This document shows positions 47,765 to 57,405 of a stretch of 64,000 nucleotides of DNA, one piece after another. The notes below the pieces were generated by a model, which was not told the DNA's origin, did no database searches, and saw nothing but the letters and a program-made list of their open reading frames with translations. A program made the position numbers and the translations under genes. Numbering within the stretch: position 1 is the first letter of the stretch; every line of letters begins with the position of its first letter. The stretch is taken from assembly GCA_041648395.1 (NCBI GenBank), contig JBAZPC010000003.1, positions 12,801 to 76,800 on the forward strand, read 5' to 3'. The stretch is from Minisyncoccota bacterium (lineage in GTDB: Bacteria; Patescibacteriota; Minisyncoccia; UBA9983).

Positions 47765-48313
47765 ATGAAATTCATTACCCCGATTTTACACAAGGAACAA
47801 ACTGGTTTAGCTAAATTCTGCGACGATGTTACACAACTCTTCTTAAGATGGATGAACAACCCGGCAGTTTACAGGTTTTTAGGAGACAGAGAGATTACTT
47901 TTTATTCTATAAGAGATGCCCAAAACCATGTTATGGCCATAGAAAAGGAGTCGCTTTTAATAGTGGCTAAAGAAGAAGATGTATGGATACCTATTGGCTA
48001 CATCTGTCTAAATCTCAGACCAAGACACAAAATTGCGAACTTTACCATCGTAATTGGTGAAGAAAAATTTAGGGACAAAGGGCATGGCAAAACGGCAACG
48101 AGTTTAACACTGACTTATGCGTTTAAACAACTCGGATTGTTTGCTGTTCACCTTGTTGTTTCTAAAAACAATCAAAATGCGATAGCCGTGTATGAGAAAA
48201 CCGGTTTCAAGGTTTGCGGAATTAGACATGGAGCTAGAATGGAAGACGGCGAGAGAACTGACGAGATTTTGATGGAGTGTACCCAAGATATGTATTATAA
48301 TAGGAGGCGATGA
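47765..48313 (+). CDS. GNAT family N-acetyltransferase (RimJ/RimL-like)
   Basis: Acetyl-CoA binding region RDKGHGKTATSLTLTYAF... Confidence 0.7.
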   Translation: MKFITPILHKEQTGLAKFCDDVTQLFLRWMNNPAVYRFLGDREITFYSIRDAQNHVMAIEKESLLIVAKEEDVWIPIGYICLNLRPRHKIANFTIVIGEEKFRDKGHGKTATSLTLTYAFKQLGLFAVHLVVSKNNQNAIAVYEKTGFKVCGIRHGARMEDGERTDEILMECTQDMYYNRRR

Positions 48314-48984
48314 GTATGATAAAGCCGATTGTAAACTATATTCTTTGGCTCATGGGAATAAGAAAAATCTTACCCCAAAAGTTTGTGAACAGAGTTGTTG
48401 TGGAAGAAAACAGGGAGGGTTTGGTGCAGGTATGCGAAACCGCGCGTCTCAAAATAAGCAAATACTACCCGGGAATTCCAAAACTTAGGAAGGAGGTTGT
48501 TAGGCGTCTCGCAACGGTTGCTGATAGTCTTCCGAACGAATATCTTATTATTTTGGCAGAGGGCTTCCGTTCATTGGAACGTCAAAAAGAACTGTGGAAT
48601 GAGCAGTATGCCAAGATAGAAGGGGAAAATCCTGAACTATCATCCTCGGAAATAGACAGAAGGACTCGACTTTTTGTCGCTAAACCAGTAAACGGATATG
48701 GTGGCCATCAGACTGGCGGCGCTGTTGACGTAACGCTTGGCGACAAAAACAGCAAAGAGTTATTTCTTGGCACGAAAATGCACGAGTGCTCGTCGAAGAC
48801 CGTAATCGACTCAAAAGGCATCAGTTCTGAAGCCAAAAATCTGAGAGCAATTCTTCTTGAAGCCATGCGCTCAGCCGGGTTCGTAAACTATCCTGGTGAG
48901 TGGTGGCATTTTTCCTACGGGGACAGATTATGGGCGGCATATAGTTGTTTCAAAAAATGCCAATACGGTCCAGTCAGGGAGTAA
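48310..48984 (+). CDS. peptidase M15 (VanY-like D-Ala-D-Ala carboxypeptidase)
   Basis: HQTGGAVDV, EWWHFSYGD zinc-binding motifs. Confidence 0.7.
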   Translation: MSMIKPIVNYILWLMGIRKILPQKFVNRVVVEENREGLVQVCETARLKISKYYPGIPKLRKEVVRRLATVADSLPNEYLIILAEGFRSLERQKELWNEQYAKIEGENPELSSSEIDRRTRLFVAKPVNGYGGHQTGGAVDVTLGDKNSKELFLGTKMHECSSKTVIDSKGISSEAKNLRAILLEAMRSAGFVNYPGEWWHFSYGDRLWAAYSCFKKCQYGPVRE

Positions 48985-49062
48985 GTGGGGGGTTCATTGC
49001 GAACCCCTCTTTTTAATTTGCAAAAAACGAAGGAAAAGTTTAGAGTGGGAATAAAGAATACT

Positions 49063-50076
49063 ATGGCGTTTTTTATAAAAAAAATTGGAATTGATTTGGG
49101 AACGGCGAACACGCTGGTTTTTTTGCCGGGCCAAGGCGTGATTCTGAACGAGCCGTCCGTGGTTGCCATTTCCGTGCCTGACAATAAAGTTTTGGCAGTG
49201 GGCGACGAGGCGAAAGTTATGATAGGAAAAACACCCGACAACATTATCGCTTATCGGCCGATGAAAGACGGAGTGATAGCCGACTATCGCGTGACAGAGG
49301 TGATGCTCAAATATTATATTTCCAAAGCGCTGGGCAAATGGAATATCCTGAAGCCGGAGGTTATGATTTCCGTGCCGGCGGGCGTGACGTCCACCGAAAG
49401 GCGCGCGGTCGTTGAGGCGGCAATGAAAGCGGGAGCGAAGGCGGCCTACGTGGTAAAAGAGCCGATTTTGGCGGCCATCGGCGCCGACATTCCTATCTAC
49501 GAGCCGTCGGGACATATGATTGTGGACATCGGCGGAGGCACGACGGACGCGGCTGTTATTTCGCTTGGCGGAATCGTGGCGTCCACATCCGTGAAAGTGG
49601 CGGGAAATAAAATTGACCAGGCGATTGCCGATTACATCAAAAAAACTTTTAATCTCGCCATTGGCGAAAAGACAGCAGAAGAAATAAAAATAAAAATCGG
49701 CTCGGCGGTGCCAGTGGAAGACGAACTCACTTATAAAATAAAAGGAAGAGATTTTTTGACGGGACTCCCGCGAAGCACGGACATCACGACGAACGAAATT
49801 GTCAAAGCGATTGAGAGCGAACTTAGGGAGATGATGAAGGCGATAAAAGTCGTTCTTCAAAACACTCCGCCGGAACTTTCCTCCGACATTATAGATAACG
49901 GCATTACCATGACAGGCGGCACTTCTCTTTTGCGCAACATGGACGAGTTGGTCTACCGCGCGACAGGCGTGAAGGCAAGAATCGCCGAAGACGCTTTGCT
50001 CTGCGTGGCAAAGGGCACCGGCGTGGCGTTGGAACACCTGGACACTTACAAAAAGAGCATCATCGCGAAGAGATAA
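49063..50076 (+). CDS. mreB: rod shape-determining protein MreB
   Basis: IGIDLGTANTLVF, DIGGGTTDAAVIS actin-fold phosphate motifs. Confidence 0.85.
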   Translation: MAFFIKKIGIDLGTANTLVFLPGQGVILNEPSVVAISVPDNKVLAVGDEAKVMIGKTPDNIIAYRPMKDGVIADYRVTEVMLKYYISKALGKWNILKPEVMISVPAGVTSTERRAVVEAAMKAGAKAAYVVKEPILAAIGADIPIYEPSGHMIVDIGGGTTDAAVISLGGIVASTSVKVAGNKIDQAIADYIKKTFNLAIGEKTAEEIKIKIGSAVPVEDELTYKIKGRDFLTGLPRSTDITTNEIVKAIESELREMMKAIKVVLQNTPPELSSDIIDNGITMTGGTSLLRNMDELVYRATGVKARIAEDALLCVAKGTGVALEHLDTYKKSIIAKR

Positions 50077-50863
50077 GTTTTTTCAAGATTTTTATATCTT
50101 CCGTTACTTCCGGATAATCGGTCTCGCAGATGAGGTCGTTTTTTTGTTTTTTGGCGAAGGCGGCGATTTGCGCGAAACCCTCCATGCCGATTTTTCCTTT
50201 GCCGATGTGCTCATGCCTGTCTTTGCGCGAGCCGAGGTCGGTGGCGCTGTCGTTGGCGTGGATGAGTTTTATGTTTTTGAAGTTAATGCTGCCGGATTTC
50301 CAATCATAACCGGAAGCGAAGCCGTGTTGAGTGTCCAAGCAGATGCCGGCAAGAGCGGGCGATTTTATTTTACTTAAAATTTCTTCAATTTCTTTTATAT
50401 CCGCGCCAATTATTTTTCCCGCGCCGGCGGAATTTTCAATGAGTAACTTCGCGCTCCCATTGTATCCGTCCAAAACTTTTTCCAAACCCTCTATTACTTT
50501 TTTTATTGCTTCTGCGTTTTCCATTTCCTTTGCCGAGCCGAGATGGGTCATGACGTATTTCGCGCCAAGCAGGGAAGCGCGCTCCAGTTCTGTTCTAATC
50601 GCGCTTATTGAACCATATCTTATCCTGTTATCGGTGGAGGCGAGATTTATATAATAGGGCGCGTGGATGTAGACATCGTGTAACCCGTAACGTGTAACGC
50701 GTAACTTGAAATTTTTTACAACTTCTGGAGTGAGCTCCTGACCGCTTCCGCCCTGTGGCGGGCGGGAAAAAATCTGCATCACCTCGCAACCCAACTCTCG
50801 CGCCATCTTTGGCGCGTTCTCAATCCCTCCCCGTATGGACACATGACAACCAACTCGTGTCAT
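50060..50863 (-). CDS. nfo: endonuclease IV (AP endonuclease family 2)
   Basis: HAPYYINLAS, LIENSAG, ICLDTQHGFASG, HANDS metal-binding motifs. Contains a heptamer repeat tract. Confidence 0.85.
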   Translation of the reverse strand: MTRVGCHVSIRGGIENAPKMARELGCEVMQIFSRPPQGGSGQELTPEVVKNFKLRVTRYGLHDVYIHAPYYINLASTDNRIRYGSISAIRTELERASLLGAKYVMTHLGSAKEMENAEAIKKVIEGLEKVLDGYNGSAKLLIENSAGAGKIIGADIKEIEEILSKIKSPALAGICLDTQHGFASGYDWKSGSINFKNIKLIHANDSATDLGSRKDRHEHIGKGKIGMEGFAQIAAFAKKQKNDLICETDYPEVTEDIKILKKLISSR

Positions 50864-50903
50864 AATGTTTGTAATTATAACTCAATTTTGTTATTTTGTT
50901 TTT

Positions 50904-51926
50904 ATGTCATTAAGTATTGGTATTGTTGGGCTTCCTAATGTCGGTAAAAGTACGCTTTTTAAGGCGTTGACGAAGAAACAAGTTGATATTGCTAATTATC
51001 CTTTTTGCACTATTGACCCGAATGTCGGCGTGGTGCAGGTGCCGGACCCTAGACTTGCCAAACTCTCGGAGTTTAGCAAGTCGGGCAAGACGGTGCCGGC
51101 AGCCATTGAATTTGTGGACATCGCCGGTTTGGTGAAAGGCGCGGCGGAAGGGGAGGGGCTGGGAAATAAATTTTTGTCGCACATTCGCGAAGTGGACGCC
51201 ATCTGCGAAGTGGTGCGCGCGTTCAAGAATGACAACATCATTCACGTTCACAATAAAATTGACCCGGAAAATGACATCGGAGTTATTGAAACGGAACTTA
51301 TTCTTGCTGATTTGGAAACAGCGACAAAACGACTGGGAACCTTGGAAAAAGAGGTGCGTTCGCTGGACAAGGAGGCGATCAAGAAACAGGAAATCGTAAA
51401 AAAAATTAAAGCGGGGCTGGAGGCGGGGAAGCCGGCAAGGGGAATTGTTTCTCCTGACGAATTTATTTTAGTAAAAGATTTGCAACTACTTACTTTTAAG
51501 CCGATTCTTTATGTTTACAATGTTTCTGGTGATGAACCGACGCCCGGCGTCGGTTTAAAGCTAGATATTAAAACAGAAGAGGATTTAATGGACATGAGCG
51601 AAGAAGAAAAAAAAGAGCTGGGCGTGGAAAGCAATATTGATAAATTAATTATAGAAGCGTATAAATTACTCGGCCTGATGACTTTTTTCACGACGGGCGA
51701 GGATGAGAGTCGCGCGTGGACGGTCAAAATCGGTTCAACGGCGCCGGAGGCGGGCGTCGCCATTCACACCGACTTCAAGGAAAAATTTATCCGCGCCGAG
51801 GTGATAAATTGGCAGGATTTGCTCAACGCCGGATCCTACGCCGCCGCGCGCGAAAAAGGCCTCATCCGCACCGAGGGCAAAACTTATGTCGTCAAAGACG
51901 GGGATGTGATAGAGTTTAAAATATGA
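50904..51926 (+). CDS. ychF: ribosome-binding ATPase YchF
   Basis: GIVGLPNVGKSTLF, DIAGLVKGA, C-terminal TGS GDVIEFK. Confidence 0.85.
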   Translation: MSLSIGIVGLPNVGKSTLFKALTKKQVDIANYPFCTIDPNVGVVQVPDPRLAKLSEFSKSGKTVPAAIEFVDIAGLVKGAAEGEGLGNKFLSHIREVDAICEVVRAFKNDNIIHVHNKIDPENDIGVIETELILADLETATKRLGTLEKEVRSLDKEAIKKQEIVKKIKAGLEAGKPARGIVSPDEFILVKDLQLLTFKPILYVYNVSGDEPTPGVGLKLDIKTEEDLMDMSEEEKKELGVESNIDKLIIEAYKLLGLMTFFTTGEDESRAWTVKIGSTAPEAGVAIHTDFKEKFIRAEVINWQDLLNAGSYAAAREKGLIRTEGKTYVVKDGDVIEFKI

Positions 51927-52183
51927 AAATAATTGAAATTTTAGCATTAATAGCCGGTGTTGCCATGAGTTTCGCCAGTTATCCGCAGATATTTAAAATT
52001 TATAAGGCAAAAAGCGCACAAAATATTTCTTTAATCACATTTAGCATTTTTTTATTTGGATGCATTATTTGGATAATTTATGGCGTGAGTATTAAAAATC
52101 AACCGATAATTTTGAGTTATTCTATTGGACTACTTGGAAATTCAGGAGTTTTATTAGGGATACTAAAATTTAAGCGTTCATGA
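51923..52183 (+). CDS. SemiSWEET / PQ-loop family small membrane transporter
   Basis: 86 aa, three TM helices, SYPQIFKIY PQ motif. Confidence 0.6.
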   Translation: MKIIEILALIAGVAMSFASYPQIFKIYKAKSAQNISLITFSIFLFGCIIWIIYGVSIKNQPIILSYSIGLLGNSGVLLGILKFKRS

Positions 52184-52755
52184 AACAAAAAAATATTATT
52201 CAATTACTAGAATTGTTGTCTGAACTGGACGGATTAAAAAATATACAAAGGCTTAGTCCTGTAAAAGGAAGAAAATTAGCGGAAAACGATGCAGAACATA
52301 CATGGCATACACTAATGTGGTTTTTGCTTTTAGAGCCGTTTTTAGAAAAGAAAATAAATTCTGAAAAAATTTTAAAAATGATTTTAATTCATGATTTGCC
52401 GGAAATTTATACAGGAGATATAGTGGCTTTTTCTAAAAACCATACCCATACTAAAAAAGAACATGAAGGGGCCAAAAAAATATTCAAAAAATTTCCCAAA
52501 CAAATAAATAAAAAATACTTAAATTTATGGAAAGAATTTGAAAGCAACAAAACAAAAGAAGCAAAAATTGCGAAAGCATTAGATAAACTTCAGCCGCTTT
52601 TACAGCACACAGAACTGGAATGGAAAGGGTGGAAATGGACGAAAGAAAGTATAAAAGTTGTAGAAAAAAACAAAAGAAACCATATTGAATTTAATAATAC
52701 TCTTTTGGATATCTATGAGTATTTGATAAAAAGAGCCCACAAAATATCAAAATAA
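52180..52755 (+). CDS. HD-domain phosphohydrolase (YfbR-like)
   Basis: AEHTWHT...ILIHDLPEIYTGD HD motif. Confidence 0.65.
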   Translation: MKQKNIIQLLELLSELDGLKNIQRLSPVKGRKLAENDAEHTWHTLMWFLLLEPFLEKKINSEKILKMILIHDLPEIYTGDIVAFSKNHTHTKKEHEGAKKIFKKFPKQINKKYLNLWKEFESNKTKEAKIAKALDKLQPLLQHTELEWKGWKWTKESIKVVEKNKRNHIEFNNTLLDIYEYLIKRAHKISK

Positions 52756-52864
52756 TCACCCAATCCCTATTCTACCTAAAAAGGCCGATCGGCCCACAGA
52801 GGGAGAATGGGAAAAATAAAAAAGCTAACGGAAAAACCATTAGCTTTTTAGCGCACCCAGAAAA

Positions 52865-53104
52865 TTATTTTAAAAGAAGTCCACCGAGTTTTTCTCCACT
52901 TAATTCGTACTCGATTTGCGACTTGTAAATTTCTTCATCTTTGTTGGTGGGGATAGATGCGAGAGCAACCATGTATCCCAAAAGATATGATCTTCTCGCT
53001 CTGAGAACTTTTATTTCCTCGGCAATGCGCTCTTTTTTTGTTCTTTTTTGATCAAGAATAAAACCAAGAGCAAGTAAAACGATGCCTATAAAAATAATCT
53101 CCAT
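52865..53104 (-). CDS. hypothetical small membrane protein
   Basis: N-terminal TM. RBS GGAGG. Confidence 0.35.
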   Translation of the reverse strand: MEIIFIGIVLLALGFILDQKRTKKERIAEEIKVLRARRSYLLGYMVALASIPTNKDEEIYKSQIEYELSGEKLGGLLLK

Positions 53105-53131
53105 AACGACCTCCTATTTTACTGTTAATCT

Positions 53132-53211
53132 GCAAGATTTTATCCCACCAAGGCAAGATTTTATCCCACCAAGGCAAGATTTTATCCCACCAAGGCAAGA
53201 TTTTATTCTGC
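53132..53211. repeat. intergenic 21-nt tandem repeat GCAAGATTTTATCCCACCAAG, 3 perfect units plus 1 partial
   Basis: Units at 53132-53152, 53153-53173, 53174-53194, partial 53195-53211. Lies in the divergent promoter region between 52865(-) and 53286(+). Confidence 0.75.
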
Positions 53212-53285
53212 GATGAGTATAGCAAATTGTCAAAAAAAGTCAAGGGTTTTGTAAAAAAGTTATAACAAGAGTATAATATCGTCAT

Positions 53286-53834
53286 ATGAAAAACATAAAA
53301 AAATGGGTATTGGCAATTTCTATTGTAGTCGTTTTGAACTTATTTTTTAATTACGGAATCTATACATTTTATAAAAATCCAAAATTTGAAAATTTTTGCA
53401 AACCGGAATTAAACAGCAATTTTTACACAACGAGGCAAGCATGTGAAGCGGTTGGCGGTTTATGGAATGAAAATTTTCCAAAAGCTGTTCCGATGCCGGC
53501 GGCTCCCGCTGAAAATGTCCGAACGGGAAATATCCAAACCGGCTATTGCGACGTTTATCACACCTGCCAGAAAGATTTCAATAAAACTGAAGCTATTTAC
53601 AACAGAAATGTTTTTATTATTTTAGTGCCACTCGGATTAATTTCTCTAGTAGTGGGATTACTGATGGGAATTTCTGGAGCCGTTTCAACAGGGCTCTCCT
53701 TCGGCGGTATTTTGTCCATGATAATCGGCTCCATAAGATATTGGTCTGACATGAATGATTACTTGAGGTTCGGTTTGCTCGGAGTGGCGCTTATTATTCT
53801 CATCTGGCTGGGTATCAGAAAATTCAAGGATTAG
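53286..53834 (+). CDS. hypothetical membrane protein
   Basis: N-terminal TM, Cys-containing ectodomain, two C-terminal TMs. Confidence 0.4.
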   Translation: MKNIKKWVLAISIVVVLNLFFNYGIYTFYKNPKFENFCKPELNSNFYTTRQACEAVGGLWNENFPKAVPMPAAPAENVRTGNIQTGYCDVYHTCQKDFNKTEAIYNRNVFIILVPLGLISLVVGLLMGISGAVSTGLSFGGILSMIIGSIRYWSDMNDYLRFGLLGVALIILIWLGIRKFKD

Positions 53835-53838
53835 AAAA

Positions 53839-56352
53839 ATGAATCCGTACAGCCATAAAAAAATTGAAAAGAAGTGGCAAAAGTATTGGGAGAAAAATAA
53901 ACTTGACCAGGCGAAAGATTTTTCCAAAAGGCCTAAATATTATTGTCTCGTAGAATTTCCTTATCCGTCGGGAGACGGCTTGCATGTAGGCCACACTCGA
54001 AGCTATACTGCCATGGATATAATTGCCCGCAAAAGAAGAATGCAGGGCTACAACGTGCTTTATCCCATGGGCTGGGACGCTTTCGGTTTGCCGACGGAAA
54101 ATTACGCTATTAAAAAAGGAGTTCACCCAAGCGTTATTACAAAAAAGAATACAGATAATTTTAGAAGGCAATTAAAATCATTAGCTTTTTCTTTTGATTG
54201 GAGCAGGGAAATAAATACTACCGACCCGAAATATTATAAATGGACGCAGTGGATATTTTTGCAGCTTTTTAAGAAGGGCTTGGCGTACAAGCATAAAATG
54301 CCGATAAACTGGTGCTTGTCTTGCAAAGTCGGTTTGGCGAACGAGGAGGTGGTGGACGGCAAGTGCGAGCGTTGCGGGGGGCAGACGGAAAAAAGGGAAA
54401 AAGAGCAATGGATGTTGGCCATAACGAAATACGCCGACCGGCTAGATAAGGATTTGGATCCGCCAGCTGGCGGATTAGATTATCTGGAAAAAATAAAAAT
54501 CCAGCAGAGAAATTGGATAGGGAAATCAGAAGGAGCGGAGATTGAATTCAAGATTCAAGATTCAAGTTTCAAGTTTCAAGTTTTTACCACACGCGTTGAT
54601 ACTATTTTTGGTTGCACTTATGTAGTTGTTGCGCCCGAGCATGAGATAATCTCAAAACTAAAATCGCAAATATTAAATCTGAGCGAAGTTGAAAAATATA
54701 TTAATGAAGCGAAAAGAAAATCAGACCTGCAAAGGACGGAATTGCAAAAAGAAAAAACTGGCGTTGAATTGAAGGGCATGAAAGCCATTAATCCTTTCAA
54801 TAATGAAGAAGTGTCGGTGTTTGTGGCGGACTATGTTTTGGGGCATTATGGCACAGGCGCGGTAATGGCCGTCCCCGCGCACGACGAACGCGATTTTGAA
54901 TTCGCGAAGAAATATGGATTACCGGTGCGGCAATCGGTCGCCAGAAATTCTAATTTCTTAAGGACGGACGACGAGGGAAATCCTACGAAATCAGAAATTT
55001 CTGGCTCCCTTAGTGAGTGTTTTGTTGAAGATGGCGTCCTTGCTGATTCCGGCCAGTTTTCCGGCCTGACTTCTGCCGAGGCGTGCGGGGAGATGGTGAA
55101 ATGGCTGGAGGAAAAGAAGTTGGGGAAAAAAGTGGTTAAATTTCACTTGCGCGACTGGGTTTTCTCCCGCCAGCATTATTGGGGCGAGCCGATACCGATA
55201 GTGAATTGTCCAAAATGCGGCCTAGTACCGGTGCCGGAAAAAGATTTGCCGGTAAAATTGCCTGATGTAAAAAAATACGAACCGACTGACACGGGCGAAT
55301 CGCCGTTGGCGGCTATTTTAAAATGGGTGAATGTAAAATGCCCGAAGTGCAAAGGTCCGGCAAAAAGGGAAACCGACACCATGCCAAACTGGGCGGGATC
55401 GTCTTGGTATTATCTCGCATATTTAATGCTCGAAAATAAAAAATCAAATCTCAAAAATCAAAAATATGTTTGGGATAAGAAAAAATTAAAATATTGGATG
55501 CCCGTTGATTGGTACAACGGCGGAATGGAGCACACAACTTTGCATTTATTATATTCACGATTTTGGAATAAATTTTTATTTGACATCAAGGCGGCGCCGA
55601 CAAGCGAGCCGTATAAAAAAAGAACTTCGCATGGAATGATACTTGGACCGGACGGAGAGAAGATGTCCAAGTCGCGCGGCAATGTGATAAATCCGGACGA
55701 TATGGTTTCCGCTTATGGCGCAGACGCTTACCGTTTGTACCAAATGTTTATGGGGCCGTTTGATCAAGCGATACCATGGGACCCGAAAGGCATTGAAGGC
55801 ACGAGTAGGTTTTTGGGAAGAGTGTGGAAGTTGTTATCAGCCGTCAGCTATCAGTCGTCAACCAAAGAGCAAAAGCTGAAAGCTGAAAGCGGAAAGCTGA
55901 AGACTTTATTGCACAAAACCATCAAAAAAGTTTCTGAAGATATTGAAAGCATGCGGTTCAACACAGCTGTCAGTTCACTCATGATTTTATCAAACGAGAT
56001 GGAGAAACAGGAAGAAATACTGACTACTGATTACCTAATACTGGTTACTCTTTTAAGTCCTTTTGCTCCTCATATCTGCGAAGAAATTTGGAGCAAGCTT
56101 GGTAACAAAAAATCAATCTTTTTGGAAAAATGGCCGAAGTTTGATTCCCAAAAAATAAGAGAAGATAGTTTTGAATTGGTGATGCAAGTGAACGGCAAAG
56201 TGAGAGACAGGTTTGAGGCGCCGACGGATATTTCCGAAAATGACGCCATGTTATTGACATTGAAACGCGAAAATGTTAAAAAGTGGATAGGCGATAAACA
56301 AGTCAAAAAAGTCATATTTATCCAAAATAAGCTGATAAATTTAATAGCATAA
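53839..56352 (+). CDS. leuS: leucyl-tRNA synthetase
   Basis: HVGHTRSYT (HIGH), KMSKS. Editing domain. Carries the 18-bp palindrome and two heptamer tracts. Confidence 0.9.
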   Translation: MNPYSHKKIEKKWQKYWEKNKLDQAKDFSKRPKYYCLVEFPYPSGDGLHVGHTRSYTAMDIIARKRRMQGYNVLYPMGWDAFGLPTENYAIKKGVHPSVITKKNTDNFRRQLKSLAFSFDWSREINTTDPKYYKWTQWIFLQLFKKGLAYKHKMPINWCLSCKVGLANEEVVDGKCERCGGQTEKREKEQWMLAITKYADRLDKDLDPPAGGLDYLEKIKIQQRNWIGKSEGAEIEFKIQDSSFKFQVFTTRVDTIFGCTYVVVAPEHEIISKLKSQILNLSEVEKYINEAKRKSDLQRTELQKEKTGVELKGMKAINPFNNEEVSVFVADYVLGHYGTGAVMAVPAHDERDFEFAKKYGLPVRQSVARNSNFLRTDDEGNPTKSEISGSLSECFVEDGVLADSGQFSGLTSAEACGEMVKWLEEKKLGKKVVKFHLRDWVFSRQHYWGEPIPIVNCPKCGLVPVPEKDLPVKLPDVKKYEPTDTGESPLAAILKWVNVKCPKCKGPAKRETDTMPNWAGSSWYYLAYLMLENKKSNLKNQKYVWDKKKLKYWMPVDWYNGGMEHTTLHLLYSRFWNKFLFDIKAAPTSEPYKKRTSHGMILGPDGEKMSKSRGNVINPDDMVSAYGADAYRLYQMFMGPFDQAIPWDPKGIEGTSRFLGRVWKLLSAVSYQSSTKEQKLKAESGKLKTLLHKTIKKVSEDIESMRFNTAVSSLMILSNEMEKQEEILTTDYLILVTLLSPFAPHICEEIWSKLGNKKSIFLEKWPKFDSQKIREDSFELVMQVNGKVRDRFEAPTDISENDAMLLTLKRENVKKWIGDKQVKKVIFIQNKLINLIA
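54458..54475. repeat. 18-bp perfect palindrome ATCCGCCAGCTGGCGGAT inside leuS (encodes DPPAGG)
   Basis: Self-complementary. Related copies at 11468-11483, 15289-15304, 44415-44430, 62793-62809. Confidence 0.85.
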
Positions 56353-56368
56353 GAAAATAAACAATATA

Positions 56369-57403
56369 ATGGTTATTCTTTCGTTCAACCCAAAAGACGT
56401 TAATAAGAATTTAACCTCTGTTTTAAACGACAGAGCGAGAGACATAATTCTCCAGCGTTACGGCATGGCCAAGTCGCCGGAAAGAAAAACCCTTGAGGCT
56501 ATCGGCCAGGTTTACGGCATCACCCGCGAGAGGGTGAGGCAGCTTGAGAATTTCGCCCTTAATTCCATCAGACAGAGCAAAAATTTTTCAACCCAAGAAG
56601 ACGCGTTGGCGGAGCTGAACGATTATATCTCAAAAAAAGGAGGCCTTTTGTCAGAACAAGATATTCTTAATGAGTTATCAGATAATGGAGACCAGTATAC
56701 TAAAAATAATATTTACTTTTTGCTTGTTCTCGGAGACGATTTCAAAAAAATAAAAGAAGACGATTATTTCAACCATCGCTGGACGACTAACGAAGGCAGA
56801 GCGCAAAAAATCCACGAAGTTTTAGACAAGCTCCATAAAAAAGTCAAAGAAGATATTTTATTGGCAGAGAAGGAAATAATTTCCATCACGCAAGATTATG
56901 CGAAAGATGTTATGGGAGAAAAGACAAAAGACGACATTGTCCGTTCCTGGCTCAATATGTCAAAAGTGGTTGATAAAAATGTTTTAGGAGAATGGGGAAA
57001 TGTAAAATCGTCAAACATTCATCCGCGAGGTGTGCGCGATCTCGCCTTTACGGTTTTGAGAAAAAACGGATCGCCCATGCACTTCAGTGAAATAACAAAA
57101 GCGATATCCGAAATTTTTCCTAAAAAAGCGCACCCTGCCACCGTTCACAATGAACTCATCAAAGATTCGCGTTTCGTTCTTGTCGGACGCGGCATGTATG
57201 CCCTGAAAGAATGGGGATACGCTTCAGGCACGGTTCGCCAGATAATCAAAAGTATTCTTAAGTCATCCGGACCCCTCACAAAAGAGGAAATTATAAAGAA
57301 AGTCCTGAAAGAACGATACGTGAAAGAAAACACCATTTTGGTAAATTTGCAAAACAGCAAATATTTTAAGAGAAATAAAAACGGCGCTTATTCAGCTGTT
57401 TAA
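56369..57403 (+). CDS. sigma-70 region-4-like HTH domain protein (344 aa)
   Basis: LNDRARDIILQRYGM...TLEAIGQVYGITRERVRQLEN resembles sigma70 r4. Remainder unknown. Confidence 0.5.
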   Translation: MVILSFNPKDVNKNLTSVLNDRARDIILQRYGMAKSPERKTLEAIGQVYGITRERVRQLENFALNSIRQSKNFSTQEDALAELNDYISKKGGLLSEQDILNELSDNGDQYTKNNIYFLLVLGDDFKKIKEDDYFNHRWTTNEGRAQKIHEVLDKLHKKVKEDILLAEKEIISITQDYAKDVMGEKTKDDIVRSWLNMSKVVDKNVLGEWGNVKSSNIHPRGVRDLAFTVLRKNGSPMHFSEITKAISEIFPKKAHPATVHNELIKDSRFVLVGRGMYALKEWGYASGTVRQIIKSILKSSGPLTKEEIIKKVLKERYVKENTILVNLQNSKYFKRNKNGAYSAV

Positions 57404-57405
57404 TT

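Noticed and set aside
48994-50037. 347-aa minus-strand ORF covering the whole of mreB
   Set aside because: It is antisense to mreB and its Arg/His-rich composition is typical of a reversed GC-skewed frame.
53132-53211. Possible CRISPR array
   Set aside because: The repeats are directly tandem with no spacers, and there are no cas genes in the window.
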